This document shows, piece by piece, positions 40,060 through 52,885 of a stretch of DNA of 64,000 nucleotides (within the stretch, counting starts at the first letter, position 1; each line of letters begins with the position of its first letter). The notes under the pieces were generated by a model, which had not been told where the DNA came from, did no database searches, and saw only the letters and a program-made list of their open reading frames with translations. Source of the stretch: Torpedo marmorata (lineage: Eukaryota); the NCBI GenBank assembly GCA_977017645.1, contig OZ360223.1, forward strand, positions 139,190,001 through 139,254,000, in the 5' to 3' direction. The position numbers and the translations under genes were made by a program.

Positions 40060-43000
40060 CTGGAGTGGAGTGGAAGAGGTGACTAAAGCAGCCTTCAAGT
40101 GTGTCCCATCCATGATGGAGTGAAGACTCACCACCACCGACCCCTTCCTCAATCTCAGCCACACAAAGGCTCTTTTAAGAGCCAATGAAAAGAGCTATAA
40201 CCATCTTTATTTCACCTGAGTGTTTTGTGAATTGTTACTCTACTTGATTCACAGCATTTAATTGTACTCTAGTGAGTGCAGGCAGTGTGTGCCTTATGTA
40301 CCTTTGCACCATTTTATTGCATTATCCCCATTCCCGTGATGCCCTGAAGATCCATCTAACTGTGAGCACATGGTTTATATTCTCATCTTGTCTGCAGCCT
40401 TTGCTGTGGCTCAAAGGTTGATGGAGGTTCCCAGCAATGCACTCTTACTGGATGTCGGGGGGGAAAATGTCCCTGACTAAGCAGATGGTGCCGAGCTGGA
40501 GTGGAGGGGAAGTGGTGACTAAATCGGCCAACAAGTGTGTCCCACATTGATGGAGTGAAGAAGACTCACAACCACCGACCCCTTCCTCAATCTCAGCCAC
40601 ACAAAGGCTCTTTTAAGAGCCAATGGAAAGAGCTATAACCATCTTTATTCCACCCGAGTGTTTTGTCTGTTTTTACTCTCTACTTTTTGATTCATAGCAT
40701 TTGATTGTACTCTAGTGAATGCAGGCAGTGTGTGCCTTTTGTACCTCTGCATCATAAAAACTGCATTATCCCCATACCCTGTGATGCCCTAAAGATCCAT
40801 CTAACTGTGACATATCGTTTATATCCTCATCTTGTCTGCAGCCTTTGCAGTGGTTCAACGGTCGATGGAGGTTCCTGGAAATGCACTCTTCTCACTGGAT
40901 GTTGGAGGGAAAATGTCCCTGACCAGGCAGATGGTGCCGTGGAGGGGAAGTGGTAGCTAAAGCAGCCAACAGGTGTGTCTCATCGATGATGGAGTGAAGA
41001 GTCACCACCACTGACCCCTTCCTCAATGTCGGCCACACAAAGGCTCTTTTTAGTGCCAATGAAAAGAGCTATAACCATCTTTATTTCACCTGAGTGTTTT
41101 GTGAATTGTTACTCTACTTGATTCACAGCATTTAATTGTACTCTCGTGAGTGCAGGCAGTGTGTGTCTTATGTCCCTCAGCACCATTTTACTGCACTATT
41201 CCCCTCCCCATTCCCATGATGCCCTCAAGATCCATCTAACTGTGAGCACATGGTTTATATCCTCATCTTGTCTGCAGCCTTTACAGTAGCTCAAGGTCGA
41301 TGGAGGTTCCCAGCAATCCACTCTTCTTACTGAATGTTAGAGGGAAAATGTCTCTGACAAAGCAGATGGTGCCCAGCTGGAGCGGAGGGGATGTGGTAAC
41401 TAAAGCAGCCTACAAGTGTGTCCCACCATGGTGGAGTGAAGAAGACTCACCACCACCGACCACTTCCTCATTCTCAGCCACAAAAAGGCTCTTTTAAGAG
41501 CCAATGAAAAGAGCTATAACAATCTTTATTTAACCTGAGTGTTTTGTGAATTTTTAATATACTTCTTGATTCATAGCATTTAATTGTGCTCTAGTGAGTG
41601 CAGGCAATGTGTATCTTATGGACCTCAGCACCATATTACTGCACTATTCCCCTCCCCATTCCCGTGATGCCCTAAAGATCCATCTAACTGTGAGCACATG
41701 GTTTATATCCTCATCTTGTCTGCAGCCTTTGCAGTGGTTCAACGGTCTATGGAGGTTCCCAGCAAACCACTCTTCTCACTGGATGTCAGAGGTAAAATGT
41801 CCCTGACCAAGTAGATGGTGCCAAGGTGGAGTGGAGGGGAAGTGGTAACTAAAGCGGCCTACAAGTGTGTCTCATCGATGATGGAGTGAAGAGTCACCAC
41901 CACCGTCCCCTTCCTCAATGTCGGCCACACAAAGGCTCTTTTAAGAGCCAATGAAAAGAGCTATAACCATCTTTATTTCACCTGAGTGTTTTGTGAATTG
42001 TTACTCTACTTGATTCACAGCATTTAATTGTACTCTAATGAGTGCAGGCAGTGTGTGTCTTATGTACCTCAGCACCATTTTATTGCATTAAACCCATTCC
42101 CGTGATGCCCTAAAGATCCATCTAACTGAGCACATGGTTTATATCCTCATCTTCTCTGCAGCCTTTGCAGTGATTCAACGGTTGATGGAGGTTCCCAGCA
42201 AACCACTCTTCTTACTGGATATCCGAGGTAAATTATCCCTGACCAAGCAGATGGTGCCGAGCTGGAGTGGAGGGAAAGTGGTGACTAAATCGGCCAACAA
42301 GTGTGTCCCACAATGATGGAGTGAAGAAGACTCACAACCACCGACCCCTTCTTCAATGTCAGCCACACAAAGGCTCTTTTAAGAGCCAATGGAAAGAGCT
42401 ATAACCATCTTTATTCCTCCCGAGTGTTTTATGTTTTTTTTTTACTCTGTATTTCTTGATTTGCAACATTTAATTGCACTCTACTGAGTGCACGGAGTGG
42501 ATGTCATATCTACCTCGGCACCATTTTACTGCATATCCTCATACCTCTCGATGCCGTTAAAATCCACATAACTATGAGTATGTGCGTTATATCCTCACAT
42601 GTGTCTCCTGCCTTTGTAGTGTATCAAAGATCGATTGTCAAGTTCCCAGCAATACGCTCTTCATACTCGAGTCAGAAGGAAAATATCCCTGAACAGAGGT
42701 GTTCAAATGGAGTGGAGGAAAAATACCCTGCTGCACCTGTTGCTGAGTCACGATGGAGGAAGGAAGATACCACCACCGGCCCCTTCCTCATTCTCAGCCA
42801 CACAAAGGCTCTTGTAAGAGCCAATGAAAAGAGCTACAACCATCTTTATTTAACCTGAGTGTTTTGTGAATTTTTAATCTAATTTTTGATTATAGCATTT
42901 AATTGTACTCTGGTGAGATCAGGCAGTGTCTTATGGACCTCGGCACAATTTCACTGCACTATCCCCATACCCATGATGCCCTAAAGATCCATATAACTGA

Positions 43001-44056
43001 ATTTAGGCTTTATATCTTCACCTTGTCTGCAGCCTTCTCAGTGGATCAAAGTTGATTGACATTCCCAGCAATCTGCTGTTCTCACTGGATGTCAGAAGGA
43101 AAATGTCCCTGATCTAGCAGATGCGTCCCAGCTGGAGTGGAGGGGGAGTAGTGACTAAAGCGTCCTGTAAGTGTGTCTTAGCTATGATGGAGTGAAGAAG
43201 AATCACCACCACTGACCTCTTTCTCATTCTCAGCCCCACAACGGCTCTTGAGAGGCACCAAAGATCTACAACCAGTTTGTTCCACCCAAATGTCCTGTCA
43301 GTTTTCGGTCTCTGTATTTCTTGATTCACAACATTTAATTGCACCCGAGTGCTTAAAGTGCACGTACGTCTTGTTTACCACAGCACCATTTTACTGTTCT
43401 ATCACCCTATCCCTTGATACCACTAATATCCACACAATTATGGTTATATTTTTGGAATGAATGTTAAAGAGTAAATAATTTATGGAAAATTTGCCTTGAT
43501 GTGAGTTAAAACTGTTGATGTCAGCTAGTTTTGAGTCTAGTCCCCTCTTCTCGATGTTTTGAGCAAGAAAACATTTTCTCTCCATTTCTCCTTTCATTCC
43601 TATAACCCTCATAGTGTTTCCTCACAGTGCCAGTTGAAACCGACCTTGGGGACGATGTTACCCCTTTCTCTGGAGATCTGTATCTTGTAATTTGAAAGTC
43701 TCTTATGGGTCTTCAGTTTAAGGGGAGGATAACTTGGGTGGCTGCCATGTGAAGGAGAGAGGGTGTCCATCTCTGTTTCACCTGCCTTCCCATTTCACCA
43801 AAGGTCGATTGTTAAATTCCCAGCCAACTGCCTTTCTGTTGGATGGGTCAGAGGGAAAATGTCCCTGAGGGTGCCCGACTGAAGTGGTGGGAAAAGTCCC
43901 TCCAAGCAAGTGGTGACTAAAGCTGACTGCAAGTATGACCCAGCCATGACGGCGTGAAGAAAACCTACCATCACCGACTGCTTCCTTATTCTCAGTCCCA
44001 CAATGGTTCTTTTAAGAGCCAATTTACAGAGCTATAACCATCTTTATTTCACCCGT
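40060..44056 (+). repeat. Tandem array of 9 histone H3-derived tail/stem-loop units (copy 2)
   Basis: Stems start near 40168, 40606, 41042, 41487, 41934, 42372, 42807, 43243, 44005. Confidence 0.9.
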
Positions 44057-44488
44057 GTTTATTTTTTTTCTCTGTCATTTGAATTTATGATAGTTCAAAA
44101 TGGTCCAGCCTGCTAGATTTCTGATTGTTAACCCTATGTCTAAATGTCTTAGCTGAGGATCATTTTTGTCTGAAACGATCCTTTTGGGTTTTGGAAGAAT
44201 AGTTCACGTTCATTCAGAGGGTGCGTTGCAAACATTTTTGTCCTGGGGACATTTACATTGTGATTTGACAGACACAATATATTTTGAATCCCCTGCTGAA
44301 ACAATAGATGAGGTGGGATGCAGCCAGAGGGCAGGAGTGAGCTTTGGGCCACAGCAGTGTCACATACAGCAGCACTGAAACCACATGCCACCTCATGACC
44401 AATTGTTTCCATGTCATCAAAGCGAGACTTCAAATGTTTTTATCCACAAACTCATTTTGTGCACTATCTTTTCTATTTCTTTTAGGTC

Positions 44489-44785
44489 CACCGGAAATCC
44501 ACTGAGATGCTCCTCCACGAACTGTCCTTCGAGTGCCTGTTGCTGGAGATCGATCAGAACTTCAAGATAGACCTGCACTTCCAGAGCTAGACCAGCATGA
44601 ATCTATGGGGAGCAGCATTTACGTGGTGAGGCGGTGAGGTCTCCAACCTGTACACCATCCCTGCTGAGCAGATCGCCAGCACAACACCTAGCTGGCCCAC
44701 TGCATCCACAAGAAGTGCACCGAGGACCCTCCTTCACTCTCACTCCAAACAAAGGCTCCTCCACAGAAAAAGCTATAACCAGCTT
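44489..44785 (+). pseudogene. H3: Histone H3 pseudogene fragment (histone fold, residue ~54 to end) with partly deleted stem-loop and HDE
   Basis: 44489-44590 reads HRKSTEMLLHELSFECLLLEIDQNFKIDLHFQS* vs [34 protein letters not shown]; then EVSNLYTIPAEQI vs EDTNLCAIHAKRV and LAHCIHKKCT vs LARRIRGERA; 3' ACAAAGGCTC..GAAAAAGCTATAACC. Confidence 0.9.
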
Positions 44786-45069
44786 TATTCAACTCTTCCT
44801 GTACTATTTAATTTACACAATGAATGCAAGATATTTTGCATTATATGTTAATAAATGAATATCTTAAATTAACTGTAATTTGTTATTCTATATGTATTTA
44901 AGTGCACTATCGGGAAGAATTCTACTCCTGCGCTGACACCCACTCCCTCCCTGTCTACATTGTCCCAGCAAACTTAATGAAGGTTTGAAGAAGATTAATT
45001 TATCTTTCTCAGGATATTGTAGCCCTTAAGAATGGGTTACTGGGAATTTTGGGCACATGGGAATTCAGA

Positions 45070-45255
45070 GCGGCAAGGTTAACGCAACTCGGATTCGAAT
45101 CTGGCGCTGTCTAAGGAGTTTGTACGTCCTTCCTGTGTCTTCATGGGTTTTACCCGGTTGCTCCGGTTTCCTCCCATCCTATAAAATGTGGGTGTAATTG
45201 GGCGGCACGGGCTCGTGGGCCGGAAGGGTCTGTTACTGTGCTGTATGTCTAATTT
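45070..45255 (+). mobile_element. tRNA-derived V-SINE (HE1-like), internally deleted
   Basis: B box GGATTCGAATC, V-domain GGGTTTTACCCGGTTGCTCCGGTTTCCTCCCA, CR1-like tail GGGCCGGAAGGGTCTGTTACTGTGCTGTAT. Confidence 0.8.
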
Positions 45256-45329
45256 TTAAATAATTAAATGAAATATGATGTGTTGGGAGACTTGGAGCAT
45301 GCCCTGCTGCCCTCCCTTGTACTCAGTAG

Positions 45330-46550
45330 GGTTCACCCTGCCCTTGAATTTTACCTTGCTTTCATTTATTGCACCAATTTAAAGCCAACACAGCCAGAAT
45401 ATTTTCCAGCAACACCTTTGTGGTTGCTTCATAGCTGAAGGCCATTATCTTGGGCCCTAGCGGGTCTCAGTTCAACATGGGCTCTATAGCTTTCAGGGTA
45501 TGCCCAGTCATTGGGACATATGGGCTGATACTGGTGGAACTTGAAACCATGTTGCATATCTGCATCAACACAAAGGGCAGTCCCCATTCCAAGTGCAGTA
45601 CTCCTGTTTTATTATACAGGTTTGGTATGCCTCATATCGCTTTTGTGGGTAAATATATCTGAATTATATTGAGTGAACATTAAATATTTGTCATTGCAGT
45701 GTTTCAATTCCTTATCTGTCCCTGGCCACCAGCACAATCCCTTCATTCATTCCGTTTGTTTTTTGCTTCTTCATGTCCCTGAATATCAAAGCACTGATGA
45801 GTAATTTGTTTCGAATGCCCTTAAAAATTAAGCTGTCCATTAGTGTAATTTTGTTCTTCCTCTTATCGTAAGGGGCAAGGGTGTTTCTCTTCCAGCCACT
45901 GACTTTGGTTCTCATCACTGCCCTGGGCCTGTTTAAGGTCCTTGATGTTGGTCTGGGTTATGGCGATTGCATCTACTAATTTGGGGATCAGGTGTTGCCA
46001 CAGGTCCCCTTGGGCACCTACCTTTGCCAATTCTGCTGCTCTAACGATCCTGGCTAGGGAAGTTCTGTGACTGAACCTTTGTGACACCATTTTCCTGTCT
46101 TTGGGTGGCATGAAATATGAATTTTATCAGGGGAACCAATGGAAGTTTCTTCCCACCTACTGATACAATGCCTCATTTTATTGGGTAGTGACAATGCCAC
46201 TCAGTGTCACCTCGATGGTCCTCAACATTGATTCCATGCTGTGATTTCCTGCTCCTACCCTCCACCTTAGAAACCCATCCCTAAAAATTACCAGAGGCAA
46301 CTCTCTTTCTTGGATTCTCCCTCAATTAATTTGGGATAAATAATCCTTTCAAGACATTTGTGGCCACTAGCTGACACTGATGTGCTTCATCACTTTAAAT
46401 AAGATTGTCCACCAGCAATGTGGGCCCTGTCACTGATCGTACCATCATCAATACACCTGCCCAGTAAGAAATGTATGGGACTATGTTCTGTAGGTACAAT
46501 CAATGGGCTTTGTCCGATAATATCCGAGAAGTGTGGTACTGCCCAGAAAA
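45330..46550 (-). mobile_element. Possible ancient LTR-retroelement/ERV relic
   Basis: Minus strand ~45510-45600 reads WGLPFVLMQICNMVSSSTSISPYVPMTG, resembling the integrase C-terminal LP.VLM..R.T.....SPYE..TG segment. Extent uncertain. Confidence 0.4.
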
Positions 46551-46719
46551 CGAAATAGGTGTCCCTTTCATAGGGAAAAATTCTGCTTTATGGAGTCAGA
46601 AGCCTGCAGGCAAAAGCCACTGGTCCTAAATCTGCGAGACCGACAAAATTCTTCCAGCATTTCTGTTTGTTTTTACTACAATCACAGCATCTGCAGACTT
46701 TCGTGTTTCACTCGGCACG

Positions 46720-47030
46720 CATTAAACACCCTGCCCTTGTCAATCCTGTTTGTCACCTTTGATAACACTCAGTTAAATTGGTGAGACACAATTCCTTACG
46801 CATAAAGCTGTGCTGTTTGTCCTTGATCAGACTTGCATTCCCATATGCAGATAGATCCTGTCGCTCAGAATCCCATCCAGTAACTTCCCAACCACTGATG
46901 TTAGGTCTGTTGACTGTCTATTCATTGTCTTGTCCTTGCTGCCTTTCTTAAATAAATCCACAACATTAGCCACCTTCCACACTTCTGATACATCACCCGT
47001 AGATAACAACGATGCAAATTCTAACATGTA
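46720..47030 (-). mobile_element. CR1 LINE RT fragment
   Basis: WKVANVVDLFKKGSKDK..LTSVVGKLLDGILSDRIYLH (ORF 46827..47027). Confidence 0.8.
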
Positions 47031-47154
47031 TGCAGACTGAAGAGTGGGAACTGTTTTTTCCTGGAGTGGAGGAGGTTTGGAGGGGACATGATTGGCCTAT
47101 ATTGAAGTAAGAGGGATATAGACAGAGATTGAAGGGAACATTGCCCAATACCAG

Positions 47155-47379
47155 AGGTAGGTAAAGGTAAAGGTTCCATTATTGTCATGTAATACTACAT
47201 TTAAAATATAACATACATTAAATTCTTTAATTTTTGCCTATCGTAAGGCGCCCCTCACAGACACCTACAGCACCTGGTGTTCCTATGCGGTCTCCCCTCC
47301 AAGTACTGACCAGTCCTGTGCCTGCTTAGCTTCCGAGATCAGACAATCCCAGTCGTATTCAGGCTATTGGTGCTGTTGC
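47155..47379 (-). mobile_element. 5S rRNA-derived SINE (SINE3-like): 5S head plus ~100-bp tail ending in ACCTTT repeats
   Basis: 47264-47379 is the reverse complement of a diverged 5S rRNA (TGATCTCGGAAGCTAAGCAGG, AGTACTTGGA.GGGAGACCGC, GGTGCTGTAGG); no oligo-T terminator; followed by an AT-rich tail ..TGACAATAATGGAACCTTTACCTTTACC. Confidence 0.8.
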
Positions 47380-47380
47380 A

Positions 47381-48845
47381 AGAGCATCATGTTAAAACTA
47401 CTGCACAAGACATTAGTGAGACTTGGACTGTTGTGCACGGAGTTGGTCATCCAGCTATAGGACAGATATTGTTAAGCTGGAAAGGGTTCTGTAAAAATTC
47501 ACAAGAATAATTCAGATGCAGATTTATTGTCAGAGTGTATACATGACATCACATACAACCATGAGATTCTTTTTCCTGTGCGCGAGGCAGAATTACCACT
47601 TATTGGTGCAAATAAAAACCGTACACAGCGTAAACATGTAAACAAATAAAAAACTAAACAGATAACGAATGTAAACAAACTGACTGTGCAATACGGAGAG
47701 AATAAAAAATATCAATAAAGTGCACAAGTAAGGGTCCTCAAATGAGTCCCTGATTGAGTTTGTTTTTGAGGAGTTTGATGGTGGAGGGGTAGTATCTGTT
47801 CCTGAAACTGGTGGTGTGAGTCTTGTGGCACCTTTACCTCTTTCCTGATGGCAGCAGCAAGAACAGAGCATGTGCTGGGTGGTGTGGATCCTTGATGATT
47901 GCTGCTGCAGTCCATCGGCAGTGTTCCCTGGAGATGTTCTTGATAGTGGGGTTTTGCCTGTGATGTCCTGGGCTGTGTCCACTATCTTATGGAGGGCTTT
48001 ATGCTCAGGGGTATTGGTGTCCCCATACTAGACCATGATGCAGCCAGTCAGCACACTTTCCACCACACATCTGTTGAAATTTGCCAGGGTTCCTGGTGTC
48101 CTACCAAACCTCCACAAACTTCTGAGGAAGTAGAGGCGCTGACGTGCTTTCATCACGATGCCATTAGTGTGTTGGGTCCAGAAAAGATCCTCTGAGATAG
48201 TGACTCCTAATAACTAAAATTTTCTCACCCTCTCCACGTCTGATCCCCCAATGATCACTAGATGGTATACCTCTGGTTTTCCCTTCCTGAAGTCAACAAT
48301 CAGCTCCTTCGTTATGGTGACATTGAGTGCAAGTTTGTTTTTACCGGGACTGGTAGGCTTGAATTATAACGAGAGGCTTCATAGGCTGGGACTTTTCTCC
48401 CTGAAGCATCCAAGACTAAGGGGAGATGGGGGGGGGGGGGGTGGTGGTTTGGTGTAGGGGGGGGGTGGGGTGGTGGGTGGGGAAGCATCTTATAGAGGTT
48501 TATAAATTCATGAGCGGCATAAATATAGTTAATAGTCATACAGTAGCTGTTTCCTTGAGCAGGAGAATGTTTAAAAATCAAGCTCATAGATTTAAAGTGA
48601 GAGGGGAAAGATTTAAAGGGGACCTGAGGGGCATGTTCTTCATATAGAGGATGTTGGGTACATGGAAAAAAGCTGCCAGAGTAAGTGGAGGAAGCAGGGA
48701 CAGTCTTAAAAGTAGAAAGGCATTTAGCAGGTGACTGGATAGGAAAGGTTTCGAGGGATATGGGCCAAATACAGGCAAAAGGGGGAAGCTTGGTCAGCAT
48801 GGTTAATTTGGGCTGAAAGGCCTGTTTCCAAGCTGTAGCACTCAG
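47381..48845 (+). mobile_element. CR1 LINE 3' fragment split by a nested LINE
   Basis: ..AAGCTGGAAAGGGTTCTGTAAAAATTCACAAGAAT resumes at ~48340 (LPGLVGLNYNERLHRLGLFSL; HLIEVYKFMSG; HRFKVRGERFKGDLRG) and ends GGGCTGAAAGGCCTGTTTCC. Confidence 0.75.
47510..48338 (-). mobile_element. Rex/Babar-like LINE 3' end inserted into CR1
   Basis: Minus strand gives ELIVDFRKG, KARQRLYFLRSL and a 3' tail TGACAATAAATCTGCATCTGAAT. Confidence 0.8.
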
Positions 48846-49505
48846 TGGCTGTATAACTCAGGGCCCACAATTTTAAAATAAAAGGTTGCCTTTTTAAATG
48901 ACGGTGACTTGGAATGTTTTTCATCAGAAGGTCATGACCTCTTGAACCCTTTTTCAAAGAGCAGTGATCAAAGGATTTTTGAATATTGTTGAGGCAGAAT
49001 TGAACAGACTCTTGAGAAGTAAGGGTGTGAAAAATTACCAAGGGTGGGTGAGAATGTGGAGCTGAGGTTACAATCAACTCACCCATCATCTTATGTAAAG
49101 GCAGCTTGTGGCTGAGTGCCCTGCTCCTGTTCTAAATGCAAACGTTCAATTGACTAATAGAGCAGCATCCTCACACACTCAGATCTGAGAGTCTGTGAAC
49201 CCACTATAACTTGTTCTTTTGCATGAAACCACTCAGACACAGGGTAGTTAATGCAGCAAAGTTAGACATTTGAAATGTTTGCCACCTGCCACGTTCTGAA
49301 AATATTTTGAGAGTCAGAATGATGTGATCTGAGCCCAACAAAAGTCATGTACAGGATAAAACGGGAAAGTCCACAACATTTCAATGCTCAATTCAGCACC
49401 TATTGTTCAGAATGCCTACTCATCATATTGCATAAATGTTTCCACACATACAATTGTTCCACAAGGTTCAGTACGTTCAGTATTGTTTCAAGAAACACTC
49501 CTGGA

Positions 49506-49840
49506 ATAAATATCATTTCTTTTTGAAAATTTGGAGCCCATATATGAGAGCTGTGGGTTTAGGGATTTGAAGATCTCTAGATATCGGACCTACTGGCATA
49601 TTTGACCTCCTTAATAGAATTAGTTTATAGATGATATTCCCCTTATACTATCTTTTCCTTTCTTTTTTTTTCTATTTTTATTTTTATTTTTACTTATATT
49701 ACTAGATTAGTGGGGATGGGGGGGTTAGGGAGGGGAGGGAGGTGGGGGGTGAAAATGTATCACATGTATTTTGATGATTATATATTTTATTTTATGTATT
49801 TTGTGATTTAAAAGTTTAAATAAAATAATAATAAAAAAAA
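49506..49840 (+). mobile_element. 5'-truncated L1/Tx1-clade LINE with poly(A) and 16-bp TSD
   Basis: AAGAAACACTCCTGGA at 49490-49505 and 49841-49856; FLKIWSPY-like ORF2 end; G-rich 3' UTR; A-tail. Confidence 0.85.
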
Positions 49841-49869
49841 AAGAAACACTCCTGGATTCACCAACCAAA

Positions 49870-50845
49870 TTCTGTCCTATCTATGTCCATGGCAATAGGG
49901 GAGTCCCAGTCAATGGTGGGGAAGAGGCAGATGTCAGCCCCCGCGGAACCATCAGCAGATAAAATAATACAATTGCAGAAGAAAAGGACGTCTTGTGTAG
50001 GAGTGTAGGTCCCCTGATGGCAACCACAGGGGCCAGGACCAGAAAGGGGACATAGGAGCCAGCCACTGAAGGGAGCAGCAGTGCAAGCTCCAGGATTCTC
50101 GACATCTCAAAGTGGACAAGACAAAGGAGATGATCGTGGACTTCAGGAGGACCAGGAATGACCACCCTCCACAACACATTAATAAGTTGGTAGTGGAGAG
50201 AGCACTATCTCGGATTCCACTTAACAAGTGATCTATCCTGGGCACACAATGTCTCCTCACTTGCAACAGCGACTGCACTTTCTGAGAAGACTGAAGCGGG
50301 CAAGGCTACTTTCTACAGGAGCTCTATTGAGAGCATCCTAGTCGGCTGCATCACAGTGTGGTGCAGTCGCTGTAGAGCATTGGATCGGATGTCAGTCCAC
50401 AGGACCATAAAAGCATCAGAGAGGATCACCGGGGTCTCCCTTCCCCCCAACAACATGATCTCCAGGGATTGTTGTTTGAAGAGGGCTCTCAAAATCGTTG
50501 AGAACCCCTGCCATCCTGCACACAACATATTTCAGCTCTTCCCATCTGGAAAGAGATACAGGAGTATCAGAGCTAGAACCACCAGGCTGAGAAGCAGCTT
50601 CTTCCCACGGGCAGTGAGACTTCTGAACGACTGAATGAACTGCTCATACAAACCCTCCAAGACTCTAATATTTATTAAGTAATATTTATTTATTTTTATA
50701 TATGTATATACGTACTCCATATGTATTGTTTGTCTGTATGTGTGTTATATCTGGTTGTGTGTCTGCATGTTTTTGCACCGAGGACCGGAGGACACTGTTT
50801 CGTCGGGTTGTACTTGTACAATCGGATAATATTGAACTTAATCTT
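49870..50845 (+). mobile_element. Rex/Babar-like LINE, internally deleted 3' part
   Basis: KTKEMIVDFRR, QQRLHFLRRLK and ORF 50356..50634 (HPAHNIFQLFPSGKRYRSIRARTTRLRSSFFPRAVRLLN). Confidence 0.85.
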
Positions 50846-51094
50846 TTTTTTAAAAATATTTTATTTTTCATTTTCAAAATTTTCACAAAAACATTAATAA
50901 ACAATCACGAATATACATAAATTTCAAACATATCAAATACAGAATACATTACGCCCCTTAACCCTCCCTCCCCACCCAAAAAGAATAAAACCAAAACAGA
51001 AGAAAAAGAAAATGTACCGTCAGCGCTTACAACTTTTGTCCAAGTATTTGGGGATGACACACCCTTAAAATAATTATACATTACAGTATACCAT
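50846..51094 (-). mobile_element. 5'-truncated L1/Tx1-like insertion with 17-bp TSD
   Basis: ATATTGAACTTAATCTT at 50829-50845 and 51095-51111; T-rich start (minus-strand A tail). Confidence 0.8.
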
Positions 51095-51189
51095 ATATTG
51101 AACTTAATCTTGAACACAGTTAAGAGAGAATGAGGAATTGTTTTCCCTGTATCTGCAGAAAAGCTCCACCAGTTTCACACCATATGTCC

Positions 51190-52355
51190 TCATGACCGGG
51201 CATCACATTAGTGATATCTGAGGAACACCACTGGTCACAGGCCTCCACCCAAATAACAGCCTTCCACCACTACCCTCTGCCTTCGATGAGCTATCCAATT
51301 TTGTATCCAAACTATCAACTCACCATGGCTGCCATGCATCTGCACTATCTGAATCAGCCTACCTTGCCAAACATCTTACTGAAGTCCATGTATACAACAT
51401 CCACTGCCCTACCCCCATCAATCTCCTTTTTCACCTCCTCAAAAAACTCAATCAAATTGGTAAGACATGACCTGCCCCTCACAAAGCCTTGTTGACTCCC
51501 CAACCTGACAATGACTTTCCAAATATGCACAAGTCCTGTCGCTAACAATTCTTTCCAAGAATTTCCCTTTCACTGATGTGAGGCTCACTGGCCTATAATT
51601 TTCTGAATGACCCATTTTTACTTTCTTGAACAAAGATACAACATTAGCTACTCTCCAGTCTGCCGGGACCTATCCTGTGAGGATGCAAAGATATTTGTCA
51701 AGGCCCCAGCAATCTCTTCACTTGCTTCTTTCAATAACTGGGGATATATCCCATCAGGCCCAGAGAGTTTTTTCATCTTAATACTCCTCAAAAGATCCAC
51801 ACCAACTTTTTCTTGAACTCAAAATGCCCTAATACATGAACACATTGTACTCCCTATCACTGTCCATGTCCTTCTCATTTAATACCTCACCCTCTTCCTC
51901 TGACTCTAAACATAAATTCCCTCCATTGCCTACCCTCTCCCTGGTCATACTCTTGTTTTTAATGTTAGTATAAAATGCCTTGGGATTTTCTTTAATCCTG
52001 CTCACCAAGGACATTTCATGGCCCCTTTTCACCTTCCTAATGCCCTGCTTCAGCTCTTTCCTGCAATCTTTATATTATTCCAGGAGCCTGTCTAATTGTA
52101 GCTCCCTGCACTTTACATTTGCCCCCTTTTTCTTTTTGATTTCTCTCGTCATTCAAGGTTCTCTTACTTTGCCATCCTTATTCTTCCTTTCCACTTGAAC
52201 ATGCCAGTCCTGGATTCTCATTCATTGGCCCTTAAACAGCTGCCACATGTCAGTTGTGGGCTTTCCCGATTACAGATTTTCCCAGTTTACTCCCCTAGCT
52301 CTTGTCTAATCCTGTCATAATTTGTCCTGCTCCAATATAGTACTTTTCTACAAGG
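51190..52355 (-). mobile_element. CR1 LINE ORF2 fragment
   Basis: IKENPKAFY, NYRPVSLTSV.GK, QQGFVRGRSCLTNLIEFFEEV, VDVVYMDFSK motifs. Confidence 0.9.
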
Positions 52356-52589
52356 CAGAATGAACTGCAGCAATGAAGCTTCACATAGTGGTATTGAATG
52401 AACTGCATTAATGCTTGCCCTATACTGTACTTGCTTTTGAATGAATCACAGAGTTGGCTTGCTGCAGTGAAGTTGAATGAACTGCAGCAACATCTGTGTG
52501 CTTTGGCAAATAATGAATTTGAACAACAGAGCTGTACCTAATGACAAGGGATAAACTGCGGCATGTTTTAAGAACATGAGAAACATGAA

Positions 52590-52830
52590 TAATTAATAGA
52601 GATACAGCATGGTAACAGGCCTTTCCAACCTGCTCCACCCAATTACACCAACGTGACCAATTAACCTACTAACCCATACTTCTTTGCAAAGTGGGAGGAA
52701 ACTGGAGCACCTGGAGGAAACCCATGCAAATCTGAAGAGAAAATACAAACTATTTTCAGACTGCGGCAGATTTGAACCCAGGTTGCTGGCACTGTAATAC
52801 CATTGCACTAACTGCTATGCTACCGTGCTA
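52590..52830 (-). mobile_element. tRNA-derived V-SINE (HE1-like)
   Basis: Minus strand GCACGGTAGCATAGCAGTTAG (A box), GGGTTCAAATC (B box), V-domain GGGTTTCCTCCAGGTGCTCCAGTTTCCTCCCAC, CR1-like tail. Confidence 0.85.
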
Positions 52831-52885
52831 CTCAAGTAAGAGAAAGTATGCTGCCCTCATGCCTGCTCTACCATTAACAAGATCA

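Larger units (their letters stand above)
23784..44301 (+). repeat. Tandem segmental duplication, copy 2 (~20.5 kb)
   Basis: Starts CTGAAATGTGAATAGGC and ends ..TTTGAATCCCCTGCTGAAA (44301), the same sequence that ends copy 1 at 23771-23789. Confidence 0.95.

Noticed and set aside
18793-44785. Functional histone gene cluster or CENP-A
   Set aside because: All fold-encoding relics have stops and frameshifts; no H4, H2A, H2B or H1 recognised; no CENP-A-type loop-1 insertion in the 44.5-kb relic.
47264-47379. Functional 5S rRNA gene
   Set aside because: Single diverged copy, no oligo-T terminator, fused to a retroposon-like tail.
48420-48482. G-run with G-quadruplex potential and a poly-Pro ORF
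   Set aside because: Low-complexity expansion inside a CR1 fragment.
50356-50634. Host gene with DUF1891/ALKBH8-like domain
   Set aside because: It is the C-terminal region of a Rex/Babar-like LINE ORF followed by its 3' UTR.
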